Sequence record: KJ608188.1 | Direction: 5' to 3' (one strand) | Source of the DNA: Enterococcus phage EFC-1 | Length of the DNA stretch: 40,286 nt | Shown: in pieces, positions 1 through 8,449 of the stretch | Layout: each line of letters opens with the position of its first letter | Numbering within the stretch: the first letter of the stretch is position 1 | The notes under the pieces: generated by a model | What the model was told of the DNA's origin: nothing | Databases searched by the model: none | What the model saw: the letters and a program-made list of their open reading frames with translations, nothing else | Translations under genes and position numbers: made by a program

Positions 1-39
1 AACATCATATTTATTCATAGTATAGTTCCTTTCGAATGT

Positions 40-83
40 ATGTTCTTACTTTTTGAAAAAGAAAAGCCCTAAGGCTATTCCTT
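40..83 (-). terminator. weak putative rho-independent terminator after the 84..293 gene (short AGCC/GGCT stem followed by T-rich tract on the minus strand)
   Basis: Reverse complement reads aaaaggaatAGCCttagGGCTtttctttttc directly downstream of the stop codon at 84-86. Confidence 0.25.
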
Positions 84-293
84 TTACTTGAACAAATCCC
101 AAAAGCTAAAAGTTGTTTTATTATACACTTTATTATACATAGCCTTTTTGGGGTTCTTAATGAAACCAGTTCCTTTTTGCCCATAACCAGGAATTACTGC
201 TTTTTTAAGCTTACGTTTAGCTTTTCCAGTAGTACGAGCACTTATTGATTTTTTTATACTTGGTTTACGCATTCCTACTTTCATGTAAAACAC
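84..293 (-). CDS. small basic hypothetical protein (69 aa, Lys-rich), at or near the left prophage boundary
   Basis: Intact ORF in the six-frame track; no recognisable domain; origin (phage or host) uncertain. Confidence 0.3.
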   Translation of the reverse strand: MFYMKVGMRKPSIKKSISARTTGKAKRKLKKAVIPGYGQKGTGFIKNPKKAMYNKVYNKTTFSFWDLFK

Positions 294-299
294 GTCCTT

Positions 300-1184
300 T
301 TATATATGGTTTAAGGCATAAGTTATTTCTGAATCGGTAAAACCTTCATATAACAACTGGTCTTTTAATTTTTCTTTAGAGATATCCATACTTTCCATAT
401 ACTCTTTAGCCTTATTTACTGCTTGTTTATTCCAATTGGTAGATATATTTTCTACTGCAAAGTTTGCTGCTTCATCAGAAAATTTTTCATACTGAAGTTG
501 TTTATATAAGCTAATTTTTGAAAAAGAGCTGTGGTTAATATACTCTTCAGCTTTTATCTTTGCATTTGTGTATTCCAGAGGAACTTTACTAGATTGTGAG
601 GAAGAAGCAGTTGTTTCTTGCGCCTTTTTATCCTTACCAGCTAGTACATCTGCTAATAATTCGTCTAAATCATTACTATTTAAATCACTGTTAAAAACAA
701 AAGTGACAAATTTATTCTCATCTATTGAATTTTCAGATTTACTAGTATATTTTTTTGAATTATCTGGAATACTATTTTCTAAAACAAGAATTAAATCATC
801 AAACTTTTTTTCTACTACGCTATTTGCAAGTCTCATAGTAGAAAAAATGGTTAGCGCAGAAGGGTGTTTTTCATTGGTTTTTGTGAACAAAGCAAAAGCA
901 ATCGGTGACAAACTTTCTTTAAATATTTCAACTTTTAGATTTTTTGATGTCAGATAGGAATCATACTTATTAGTAAGTTCATATTTACTTTCGGTCAATT
1001 CATTTAAATTAGATTCTATTACTTTTTTTGAATCTATTCCCAATTTATTTTCAGGTATTTTGGTAGTTTGTTTTTTTTCATACGTTTCCGCTTCTTTTGT
1101 TTTATCATCGTTACCACTGGCACTACAACCTGATATAAAAATAATAGGTAGTAGTAGTGAAGTTAAAATAACCCTTTTTTTCAT
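300..1184 (-). CDS. Ltp-family surface lipoprotein (superinfection exclusion-type), two C-terminal Ltp repeats
   Basis: Signal peptide with lipobox (LLLPIIFISGC). Two C-terminal repeats, ...SKISLYKQLQYEKFSDEAANFAVENI and SKEKLKDQLLYEGFTDSEITYALNHI, match the Ltp helix-hairpin-helix repeat of temperate streptococcal phage Ltp proteins. Position next to the repressor is typical. Confidence 0.55.
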   Translation of the reverse strand: MKKRVILTSLLLPIIFISGCSASGNDDKTKEAETYEKKQTTKIPENKLGIDSKKVIESNLNELTESKYELTNKYDSYLTSKNLKVEIFKESLSPIAFALFTKTNEKHPSALTIFSTMRLANSVVEKKFDDLILVLENSIPDNSKKYTSKSENSIDENKFVTFVFNSDLNSNDLDELLADVLAGKDKKAQETTASSSQSSKVPLEYTNAKIKAEEYINHSSFSKISLYKQLQYEKFSDEAANFAVENISTNWNKQAVNKAKEYMESMDISKEKLKDQLLYEGFTDSEITYALNHI

Positions 1185-1273
1185 TTTTAAAACTCCCCAT
1201 TTCTGATATAATGTATTTATTGAATAATTCTCATAAATGAGGAAAGAGTTCCGTGTTGTAGCACGGGGCTTTT

Positions 1274-1747
1274 TTATTGTAAATTTGTATTTAAAATCAT
1301 GACTGATAAATCATTAAACTCAAAAATTCTTCCTTTATAAAAATGGGTATCACCAAATTTTTGTCGATAATAGGCGAGTACATTTTTTAGCGTTTCAACG
1401 TCTACTCCTAAAAATTCAGCACACGTGTAATGATTACTGAATCCTGATTCTGAACACTTAATTAAATCATCTAAAGTGACTAGTTGTTCTAAAGCATATT
1501 GTCTAGCTTTTAATTCTTGTTTGCGATTTTCTAAACAATCCTGGTTTAATATATCGCCAAACGAAGTATAGTGATGGCCAAGTTCTTCAGCTAACACATT
1601 TCTTTTTTCAACTAGACTCAACGATTTTTCAATATAAATTCTACCATCACGGTACAATCCATAGCATCCAGTATTTTGAAACAAATCTGTTTCAATAACT
1701 GGTGCTTTTTTCTGTACCTCTGACACCAACAGTTCATATTCGTTCAT
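1274..1747 (-). CDS. ImmA/IrrE-family metallopeptidase-like protein (anti-repressor protease partner of the XRE repressor)
   Basis: Track ORF 1274..1834, trimmed to the ATG at 1747 (MNEYELL...) which has an AGGAG RBS and does not overlap the repressor gene. Motif LAEELGHHYTS lies at the position of the HEXXH zinc motif but the first His is replaced by Glu (EELGH). Gene order Ltp-ImmA-XRE is typical. Confidence 0.5.
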   Translation of the reverse strand: MNEYELLVSEVQKKAPVIETDLFQNTGCYGLYRDGRIYIEKSLSLVEKRNVLAEELGHHYTSFGDILNQDCLENRKQELKARQYALEQLVTLDDLIKCSESGFSNHYTCAEFLGVDVETLKNVLAYYRQKFGDTHFYKGRIFEFNDLSVMILNTNLQ

Positions 1748-1763
1748 AAAATACTCCTGAAAA

Positions 1764-2288
1764 TTATTCTTTATCATCTGATTCATCATCAAAAAGATGT
1801 TTACATTCTTTTTGCTTTCTATCATAATCAGCATCCACTTTATCTAGAAATTGATTAATTTTAAGTTTCTCTTCATCAGTAAATATTTTATCAGGATCTG
1901 GTGAATGCGCAGCTAAAGTATCGTATTTTTTCTTGTTAATGTTAACCACATTATTAGAAGATTTATTTTGTTGTGCTAATTGTTCTTTCGCAGTATCATA
2001 TACAATTTTTTGTCTTTCTGGTTCTAAAATACTATAGATAGACTCTATAGACGAAGGGTCGCTGTTTTCTTTATAAGTTGTATCTATATCACTTTTTTTA
2101 ATTTTAAAATAATCAGCTATTCTTTGGATTACACCATGGGAAGGATTTGATCTAAGATTCATATAATCGCTCATAGTTGATGGTGATATTCCTATTTCTT
2201 CAGCTAATTTTTTTTGTGTGATATTACTTTCTTTAAGATACTTCTTTATATTAGTTGCTATTATAAAGTTACGTTGTTTGTCTTCCAA
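1764..2288 (-). CDS. CI-like phage repressor, XRE-family HTH with C-terminal acidic oligomerisation region
   Basis: HTH_XRE signature ITQKKLAEEIGISPSTMSDYMN. TTG start codon at 2286-2288 preceded by GGAGGTG. Divergent from the cro-like gene. Confidence 0.7.
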   Translation of the reverse strand: MEDKQRNFIIATNIKKYLKESNITQKKLAEEIGISPSTMSDYMNLRSNPSHGVIQRIADYFKIKKSDIDTTYKENSDPSSIESIYSILEPERQKIVYDTAKEQLAQQNKSSNNVVNINKKKYDTLAAHSPDPDKIFTDEEKLKINQFLDKVDADYDRKQKECKHLFDDESDDKE

Positions 2289-2311
2289 GATTACACCTCC
2301 TTATATTTCAT

Positions 2312-2340
2312 ATTATACGAAAAGATAGTAAGAATGTAAA
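2312..2340 (-). promoter_or_regulatory. leftward promoter for the repressor gene (PL/PRM-like): -35 TTTACA (2335-2340, minus strand), 17-nt spacer, -10 TATAAT (2312-2317, minus strand)
   Basis: Reverse complement reads TTTACA-17 nt-TATAAT. Operator-like site O3 overlaps the spacer and -10. Confidence 0.5.
2315..2331. promoter_or_regulatory. operator-like site O3 (13/17 match to O1), overlaps the PL -10
   Basis: ATACGAAAAGATAGTAA; shares the ATACGAAA half-site with O1 and O2. Confidence 0.35.
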
Positions 2341-2347
2341 TAGAAAA

Positions 2348-2364
2348 ATACGAAAAAATCGAAT
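2348..2364. promoter_or_regulatory. operator-like site O2 (14/17 match to O1), between the divergent -35 elements
   Basis: ATACGAAAAAATCGAAT. Confidence 0.4.
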
Positions 2365-2371
2365 TTTGTTG

Positions 2372-2400
2372 TTGACAATACGAAATAATCGTATTATAGT
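2372..2400 (+). promoter_or_regulatory. rightward early promoter PR: -35 TTGACA (2372-2377), 17-nt spacer, -10 TATAGT (2395-2400)
   Basis: Consensus -35 and near-consensus -10 with exact 17-nt spacing. The spacer is entirely the palindromic operator O1. RBS GGGAGG and the cro ATG follow at 2427. Confidence 0.55.
2378..2394. promoter_or_regulatory. operator O1: perfect 17-bp palindrome ATACGAAATAATCGTAT filling the PR spacer
   Basis: Perfect inverted repeat (ATACGA A ATAAT C TCGTAT pattern). Two degenerate copies lie 30 and 63 bp upstream. Confidence 0.5.
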
Positions 2401-2426
2401 TGTTGCATAGAAGGGAGGTATAATTT

Positions 2427-2690
2427 ATGAAAACATTGAAAGAATTAAGGATTGAATACGGATTAACACAAGAGGAGTTGGCTGACCTGTTTAAAGTAAC
2501 TTCTAGAACTATTCAAAATATGGAAAAAGATTCATCAAATATAAAAGACAGTTTGCTAAAAAAATATATGGATGCATTTGCTGTTAAATACGATGATATT
2601 TTTTTAGGTAACGAATACGAAAATTTCGTACATTTGGAAGAGAAGAAAAAATCTATCATATTAACATTTAAAAATAAGCAGCTAACATAA
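2427..2690 (+). CDS. Cro-like XRE-family HTH regulator
   Basis: HTH_XRE motif LTQEELADLFKVTSRTIQNME. Strong RBS AGGGAGG. First gene of the rightward early operon. Confidence 0.65.
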   Translation: MKTLKELRIEYGLTQEELADLFKVTSRTIQNMEKDSSNIKDSLLKKYMDAFAVKYDDIFLGNEYENFVHLEEKKKSIILTFKNKQLT

Positions 2691-2711
2691 CAGGTATTCA
2701 ATTGAAAGGAT

Positions 2712-2906
2712 GTGTTCTATTTGCCAAAAGAAATAAAAGTACGATCATTTTTAGCTGACGGTACAGAAATTTTTGTTAATCCAAAAACAGGAATGTACGA
2801 TCCGCCAGTATCACCGCCTATTGAAAGTCAGAAGCGTGTGCTAGACATTATCAATAATAGACGAATTGCAGATGCAGAACGAGCGAATATCACGAAGGTT
2901 GTCTGA
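2712..2906 (+). CDS. hypothetical early protein (64 aa)
   Basis: Track ORF with GTG start at 2712; a TTG at 2721 is an alternative start. No recognisable domain. Confidence 0.35.
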   Translation: MFYLPKEIKVRSFLADGTEIFVNPKTGMYDPPVSPPIESQKRVLDIINNRRIADAERANITKVV

Positions 2907-2908
2907 TT

Positions 2909-3097
2909 ATGGGGTATAGCGAAAGACAACAAAAACAAATTCTAAAGTGGATTCAAAATGATAGAAGGGCTATTCAAGAAGATCGTGAAGCCTTAAAAAA
3001 AGCTGACATGTTGACTAGTAGGAAAATGGAGCAATTTCAAAGTGAATTAGAATTCTTAAGGGAAATGGAGTTAGAGAATAAGGGGCAACGTCTATGA
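2909..3097 (+). CDS. hypothetical early protein (62 aa)
   Basis: Track ORF, ATG start; basic/acidic, helical-looking. Confidence 0.35.
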   Translation: MGYSERQQKQILKWIQNDRRAIQEDREALKKADMLTSRKMEQFQSELEFLREMELENKGQRL

Positions 3098-3237
3098 GAG
3101 CTTTAACGATAATAACCACGACAGTATTTAGTCTGATAGCATTAGTTGATATATTTACTGGTCATTTTATTCAAGCCGGAATGTTTGGTGTCATAGCATT
3201 GTTTGCCAGCGTTGCTTACAGGAGGCGGTTGTGATGA
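3094..3237 (+). CDS. small hydrophobic protein (47 aa, two predicted TM helices)
   Basis: ATG at 3094 overlaps the upstream stop (ATGA). MRALTIITTTVFSLIALVDIFTGHFIQAGMFGVIALFASVAYRRRL. Its stop overlaps the next start (ATGA). Not in the ORF track because shorter than 60 aa. Confidence 0.3.
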
Positions 3238-3437
3238 AAGAGTTGTATAAATCACGCTTACTAGGCGCTTTCATATGGTTAGCTATAGTTGGGGCAATAT
3301 TAGCACTAAGTACTCCTGTGGGGTGGTTAGTGGCTATAGCTGGTAGCGCAAGTCTTACATGGTTTGCAAATGATACAGAAGTCCAGTGGGATTTATATGA
3401 AAAAACGATTGAAAGGAAAGAAAAAGATGTTGAATGA
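3234..3437 (+). CDS. small membrane protein (67 aa)
   Basis: ATG at 3234 with GGAGG 8 nt upstream. Hydrophobic stretch AFIWLAIVGAILALSTPVGWLVAIAGSASL. Confidence 0.4.
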   Translation: MKELYKSRLLGAFIWLAIVGAILALSTPVGWLVAIAGSASLTWFANDTEVQWDLYEKTIERKEKDVE

Positions 3438-3621
3438 AAATGAGGCTTTCTTAGTGCGTGAAACCGTCCGAGAAAAGGTTGAATCATTGCAAGACACAGT
3501 ACGCCATGAAAGTGCTAAACACCCAATGAAACAAGATATCCATACGTTAAAACATTTTCAAAAAGAATTGGATTGTTATGAAATAATCTATCAAAAAATG
3601 CTAAACGAAGTGGGATGTTAA
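3427..3621 (+). CDS. hypothetical protein (64 aa)
   Basis: Track ORF 3364..3621, trimmed to the internal ATG at 3427 to avoid overlapping the previous gene. Confidence 0.35.
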   Translation: MLNENEAFLVRETVREKVESLQDTVRHESAKHPMKQDIHTLKHFQKELDCYEIIYQKMLNEVGC

Positions 3622-3725
3622 ACAATGAATGAAATCGAAAAAAGAGCCTACCTCGTTTGCAGACGAAGTAAGCCACTAAGCAAAATTATACAAGTAAATT
3701 ATATCACGGAAAGCAGGGTTTTTAA

Positions 3726-4304
3726 ATGGCAAAATATTACCACGTTAAAAAGCATGAAGATTACGAAAGTTTAATGGAATTTTTAGAGTTTCAAGGGTAT
3801 AGATGGTATGGTGGTGGACTCCCAACTCAGAATAACTTTTGGGAGGTTTACAAGACGAAAACGGTCATAAAAGCTGATGTAAATAAATTGTTGACTTACG
3901 GAGAAAAGCGTTATTTTGAAGAGTTTGAAAAGCTAAAATCTACTGATTTTCTTGATTGGGAATCCACTATGCTTTATTCAATGGCTAATATGGCTAATGG
4001 TGCAACTGCTATTATGCTCGCTGCTAGCAAACGTACGGTTCAAATAACAACTGACTCACTTCGACGATTGTCTGATGCATTGAACAGAATGCAAAAAGAA
4101 AAGAAATTTGTAATTTCATTACCTGATTTAAAAACAACCGATGGTGAAACGCAATATTTAAGTTTGAAAAATGGCTGTTGGTTTGCTAGTCGAAAAAATA
4201 CTCGGTTGAAACAACGATTTACAGAATCAGAATTACATGAGATTGTTCCTAGATTTTATCAGAGCTTGGCGATAGAGGTGAAAGAACATGACAGTGAAGA
4301 TTAA
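3726..4304 (+). CDS. hypothetical phage early protein (192 aa)
   Basis: Long intact ORF; no family recognised. Confidence 0.45.
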   Translation: MAKYYHVKKHEDYESLMEFLEFQGYRWYGGGLPTQNNFWEVYKTKTVIKADVNKLLTYGEKRYFEEFEKLKSTDFLDWESTMLYSMANMANGATAIMLAASKRTVQITTDSLRRLSDALNRMQKEKKFVISLPDLKTTDGETQYLSLKNGCWFASRKNTRLKQRFTESELHEIVPRFYQSLAIEVKEHDSED

Positions 4305-5595
4305 CAGTTTAGAAGTAGAAAACGTTAAACGAGTCAAAGCAGTAGTAATCCAACCTAATGAAAATGGATTGACAATTCTTGGTGGGAATAATAACCAAGG
4401 AAAGACAAGTGTCTTAGATGCAATTGCATGGGCTTTGGGTGGAAATAAGTATAAACCTTCAAATCCCTATCGTGAAGGCTCTGTGAATCCACCAAACTTA
4501 AAAATAACCATGAACAACGGTCTAGTAGTAGAGCGAAAAGGTAAAAACAGCTCTCTCACCGTTCTGGATCCAGAAGGAAATAAAGGCGGACAACAATTGC
4601 TCAATAGCTTTGTAGAAGAATTAGCCATTGATTTACCTAAATTCATGGAATCAACAAGCAAAGAAAAAGCGAACACTTTATTACAGATTATTGGTATTGG
4701 TGATCAATTAATGTTGCTAGATCGAAAAGAACAAGAAATATATAACGAACGCTATCAAGTTGGTCGTATTGCAGATCAAAAGAAAAAGTTCGCTGAAGAA
4801 CAAATTCATTATGCTGATGCACCAAAGGAATTAGTGTCAACTTTTGATTTAATTCAACAACAGCAAACTGTGCTAGCTAAGAATGGTGAGAATCAAAAAA
4901 AGAGAGAAAATGTTCAACGCCTACAAACACAGTTTGATTATGAAACGCAGGAAGTTGAAAGAGTCCGTCAGCAGTTAGCTCAAATGGAAGAAAAGCTCAA
5001 AATCACAGAAAGTGATTTAGCAACAGCGAAAATGTCCGCTCAAGATTTGCAAGATCAATCAACTACTGAATTAGAACAAAATATTCAAAATATTGACGAA
5101 ATAAATCGTAAAGTTCGAGCAAATCTTGATAAAGAAAAAGCTGAACAGGAAGCTGAAGACTATTTAAATCAGTACAAAGAATTATCTGATGCAATTGATC
5201 TTGTACGTGAAGAGCGTATGAAGTTATTAGAGAATGCTGACTTGCCATTACCTGAATTGTCAGTAAAAGATGGTGAGTTGGTTTATAAAGGACAGCAGTG
5301 GGACAACATGAGTGGTTCAGATCAATTAAAAGTTTCAACTGCAATCGTACGCAAACTAAAACCTCAATGTGGCTTTGTTTTGTTAGATAAATTGGAACAG
5401 ATGGATATGATTACACTGAATGAATTTAGTCAGTGGCTGCAACAAGAAGGATTACAAGCCATTGCTACCAGAGTGTCTACTGGGGAAGAATGTAGCATCA
5501 TTATTGAAGATGGATATGTAACTGAAAATAAATTAGTTGGGGGCGGAACCCCACCTCAACAAGCAAAACCAACATGGACGAAAGGAGCATTCTAA
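4288..5595 (+). CDS. SMC/RecF/SbcC-like AAA ATPase with central coiled coil (recombination-associated)
   Basis: N-terminal Walker A LTILGGNNNQGKTSVLDAIAWALGG. Long Q/E/K-rich coiled-coil middle. C-terminal region like ABC-type signature/Walker B (FVLLDKLEQMD). RBS AGGTGAAAG. Confidence 0.55.
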   Translation: MTVKINSLEVENVKRVKAVVIQPNENGLTILGGNNNQGKTSVLDAIAWALGGNKYKPSNPYREGSVNPPNLKITMNNGLVVERKGKNSSLTVLDPEGNKGGQQLLNSFVEELAIDLPKFMESTSKEKANTLLQIIGIGDQLMLLDRKEQEIYNERYQVGRIADQKKKFAEEQIHYADAPKELVSTFDLIQQQQTVLAKNGENQKKRENVQRLQTQFDYETQEVERVRQQLAQMEEKLKITESDLATAKMSAQDLQDQSTTELEQNIQNIDEINRKVRANLDKEKAEQEAEDYLNQYKELSDAIDLVREERMKLLENADLPLPELSVKDGELVYKGQQWDNMSGSDQLKVSTAIVRKLKPQCGFVLLDKLEQMDMITLNEFSQWLQQEGLQAIATRVSTGEECSIIIEDGYVTENKLVGGGTPPQQAKPTWTKGAF

Positions 5596-5598
5596 TTT

Positions 5599-6645
5599 AT
5601 GAACATTACACGTGGAGTAATTGCGAAAGCACAAAAATCAGTGATTTATGGACCCGAAGGAATTGGGAAATCCACTTTGGCAGCCGAGTTCCCAGATCCA
5701 CTATTTATTGATACTGAAGGAAGTACTAATAATATGAACGTTGCCCGAATGGATAAACCAACTAGTTGGAGTATGTTGATGCAGCAGATTGAATTTGTTA
5801 AGCAAACAATGCCATGTAAAACATTAGTTATAGATACAGCAGACTGGGCAGAACGGTTGTGTATTGAGTTTATAACTAGCAGTGCAAATAAAACAAGTAT
5901 TACCCAATTTGGTTATGGAGAGGGCTTTATAAAATTAGAAGAAGAATTTGGGCGTTTCTTAAACAAGCTATCAGATTTAACGGAACTAGGAATTAACGTT
6001 GTTCTTACAGCTCATGCCAAAATTGTAAAGTTTGAACAGCCAGATGAAATGGGTGCTTATGATCGTTGGGAATTAAAATTAGGTAATAAGACGACGGCTA
6101 AAACAGCCTCAATAACTAAAGAATGGGGAGATATGGTTTTATTTTGTAATTACAAAACTTTATCTATTGCTGCGGATGATAAAGGAAGTAAGTTTAAAGG
6201 TCAAGGTGGAAAACGAGTTATTTATACGACACATCATCCAGCTTGGGATGCTAAGAATCGTTTTAGTTTACCCGATGAAATGGACATGAGCTTCGCTGGA
6301 TTAGCACATATTTTTGCGCCCAAGAATCCTTTGCCAGTGCAACAACCAGTAATGGAACCGCAAGTACAAGAGAATCATCAAGAATTACAGTCAGAACCAC
6401 AAGTACAATCTATTAACGATTCATCGGTTGACTATACAGGTATTCCACAAAACTTAGTCGATTTAATGAAAGCTAACAACGTTTTACCAGAAGAAATTAT
6501 GGCAGCTACAGAGTCTAAAGGTTATTACCCAACAGGTACCCCAATTCAGAATTATGATCTTGGTTACATTGATGGCGTATTGGTTGCAGCTTGGCCAGAT
6601 GTGTTTGCGATGATTCAAGAAATTAGAAAACAAAAAGTAAACTAG
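5599..6645 (+). CDS. Sak4-like RecA-fold ATPase (AAA_24-type, putative single-strand annealing/recombination protein) with a Q/P-rich C-terminal tail
   Basis: N-terminal Walker A VIYGPEGIGKSTLAAEF and Walker B-like LVIDTADW, typical of phage AAA_24/Sak4 proteins. About 100 aa low-complexity Q/P/E tail. Confidence 0.5.
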   Translation: MNITRGVIAKAQKSVIYGPEGIGKSTLAAEFPDPLFIDTEGSTNNMNVARMDKPTSWSMLMQQIEFVKQTMPCKTLVIDTADWAERLCIEFITSSANKTSITQFGYGEGFIKLEEEFGRFLNKLSDLTELGINVVLTAHAKIVKFEQPDEMGAYDRWELKLGNKTTAKTASITKEWGDMVLFCNYKTLSIAADDKGSKFKGQGGKRVIYTTHHPAWDAKNRFSLPDEMDMSFAGLAHIFAPKNPLPVQQPVMEPQVQENHQELQSEPQVQSINDSSVDYTGIPQNLVDLMKANNVLPEEIMAATESKGYYPTGTPIQNYDLGYIDGVLVAAWPDVFAMIQEIRKQKVN

Positions 6646-6654
6646 GAGGAAAAA

Positions 6655-7242
6655 ATGATGACACAACAATTTCAACAAGAACGTGAATTAGGATGGGACG
6701 ATACTATCCAACAAGATAATGATGGAGGCTTATTGTTAGAGCCAGGAGATTATATTTTTGAAGTAGTTAAATTCGAAAGATCTCGTTATACACCTAGAAG
6801 TGGGGATGCAAAACTTCCAGCTTGTAATATGGCTAAATTAGAATTGAAAATCCAAACAGCTCAAGGGACAGCCATCGTCTTCAATAATTTATATTTGCAC
6901 ACTTCTACAGAAGGGTTATTGTCCGCTTTCTTTGCTTCAATTGGCCAAAAGAAAAAAGGAGAGCCATTACAAATGAATTGGACTTTAGTTCCTGGATCAA
7001 AAGGTGCAGTGAAAATTAAACATCGTTCATATAATAACAACACATACAACGATGTAGATCGTTTCTATCCAAGTGACGACAGCTACTATCAAACAAAAGA
7101 AATGCCTGAGATTGTTAAACAGTTACAACAGCCAATTCAAGGAACTCAACCAGGAATGCCACAACAAAACAATTGGCAAGCACCACAGGCACCACATCCA
7201 GCTCAACAGCCAACTCAGGGATATCAACCAGGAGCATTTTAG
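6655..7242 (+). CDS. hypothetical protein with Q/P-rich C-terminal tail; possibly the DUF669-like partner found next to Sak4-type genes
   Basis: RBS AGGAGG. Position immediately downstream of the Sak4-like gene. The family call is a guess from gene order. Confidence 0.35.
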   Translation: MMTQQFQQERELGWDDTIQQDNDGGLLLEPGDYIFEVVKFERSRYTPRSGDAKLPACNMAKLELKIQTAQGTAIVFNNLYLHTSTEGLLSAFFASIGQKKKGEPLQMNWTLVPGSKGAVKIKHRSYNNNTYNDVDRFYPSDDSYYQTKEMPEIVKQLQQPIQGTQPGMPQQNNWQAPQAPHPAQQPTQGYQPGAF

Positions 7243-7254
7243 GAGGAAAATACT

Positions 7255-7683
7255 ATGAGCAAAGAAATCGAATTAAATTTATCCAAATTAGCTAATGGAG
7301 CAATTCAAGAAAAATTAGATGGTGAATTAAAAAAGTTGTTTGAAAATATTCATGATCCGAATACTTCTCCAGTTGCTAAGCGAGCAATCACTATTAAGTT
7401 AGAATTTAAACCAGATGAAAATCGTCAAGTAGTTTCAATGACAAGTGATTTTAGTTTGAAATTAGCACCAGTTGATGGAGTGAATACAACGGTATTAACA
7501 GGGAAAGATTTAAATACAGGACAGATTGAGGCACATGAGCTTCAATCTTCAGTCCCTGGTCAAACGTATATGGATCCAGAAACAGGGGAACCCAAAACAG
7601 ATATTGGTGAACCAATTGATGTAATTGAAAAAGAAGAAGCAAAGCAAAAACAAATCATAGACTTACAAGAGAAAAGAGGATAA
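7255..7683 (+). CDS. hypothetical protein (142 aa)
   Basis: RBS AGGAGGAAAA; no recognised domain. Confidence 0.4.
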   Translation: MSKEIELNLSKLANGAIQEKLDGELKKLFENIHDPNTSPVAKRAITIKLEFKPDENRQVVSMTSDFSLKLAPVDGVNTTVLTGKDLNTGQIEAHELQSSVPGQTYMDPETGEPKTDIGEPIDVIEKEEAKQKQIIDLQEKRG

Positions 7684-7687
7684 TTAA

Positions 7688-8437
7688 ATGACAATGACTA
7701 AAGAAGCAATTCAATATTTAATGGAACAAGGAATCAAACCAGAAAATCGATTGATTAATTTCGATAACGACGAACGTTGGATTTTAGTAGATGCTGCAGG
7801 ACAAGGAAAAGAAATTTTACCTCGTGTCTACACTGCAGAGGAACCGCTAAGAATTAATACACTAAGTGGATTAGTGAATTATATTAAAGCAAATTTAGAG
7901 AGAGAATCAAAAAAACTAATTGTGCATATTAAAAATGAAGCGACAGTTTCAGTAAAAGGTTTGCTTGAAGTAAATGGAGAACGTGAAACATTAGCTGTTG
8001 CTCAAGCGATTATCCCGACTTTCAATTTTGATTGTTTCATGGATACTGAAACCTTCAATATTGCTTTGCAGTCAAAATTTGTCAATAACAAGGACCGTGG
8101 CATTCTTTTAAAAGTTGTTGGCAATATTGCTGAAGAAAATGTAAAAACTACAGGAGATGACGGTGTTAGCCAAGCAGTCACTATTAACCAAGGTGTGGCT
8201 TCAAAAGCAGATGTTCGTGTTCCAAACCCTGTAGAACTTGCACCGTATCGAACATTTTTAGAAGTCGAACAACCTGAAAGTCAATTTATTTTCCGTATGA
8301 AAGATGGCCCTCGTTGTGCAATCTTTGAAGCAGATGGTGGGGCATGGAGAAATCAAGCAATTACAAATATTCGAGAGTATCTAAAAAATGAACTATCTGA
8401 AGAAATTGATTCTAGTCGTATTACGATCCTTGCATAG
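7688..8437 (+). CDS. hypothetical protein (249 aa)
   Basis: Intact ORF translationally coupled to neighbours; no recognised domain. Confidence 0.4.
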   Translation: MTMTKEAIQYLMEQGIKPENRLINFDNDERWILVDAAGQGKEILPRVYTAEEPLRINTLSGLVNYIKANLERESKKLIVHIKNEATVSVKGLLEVNGERETLAVAQAIIPTFNFDCFMDTETFNIALQSKFVNNKDRGILLKVVGNIAEENVKTTGDDGVSQAVTINQGVASKADVRVPNPVELAPYRTFLEVEQPESQFIFRMKDGPRCAIFEADGGAWRNQAITNIREYLKNELSEEIDSSRITILA

Positions 8438-8449
8438 AAGGTGACGGTA

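Noticed and set aside
568-957. 129-aa + strand ORF inside the Ltp gene region
   Set aside because: Antisense to a well-supported lipoprotein gene, low-complexity Ser/Leu/Phe composition, no RBS; typical A+T-rich antisense artefact
2513-2701. 62-aa minus-strand ORF overlapping cro
   Set aside because: Antisense to the Cro-like gene, hydrophobic low-complexity translation; no start context
3191-3487. 98-aa minus-strand ORF
   Set aside because: Antisense to three coupled small + strand genes; no RBS
3625-3777. 50-codon ORF (MNEIEKRAYLVCRRSK…) before the 192-aa gene
   Set aside because: Overlaps the well-placed ATG at 3726 in another frame and has no RBS; region more likely holds a promoter or an imperfect palindrome (TCGTTTGCAGACGA)
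4467-5344. Two minus-strand ORFs (4467..4676 and 5063..5344) inside the SMC-like ATPase gene
   Set aside because: Antisense to a gene with clear Walker motifs; no independent support
5560-7245. Shared C-terminal …GAF* on the SMC-like ATPase (…WTKGAF) and the 6655 gene (…YQPGAF)
   Set aside because: The GGAGCATT(C/T)TA(A/G) bases encoding GAF-stop double as the SD sequence for the next gene (AAAGGAGCA…ATG), so the shared tripeptide is most simply a by-product of embedded RBSs and not a functional motif
6484-7258. Several short ORFs (6484..6678 -, 6861..7049 -, 7073..7258 +) overlapping the Sak4-like gene and the following gene
   Set aside because: All overlap better-supported genes in other frames; compositionally biased
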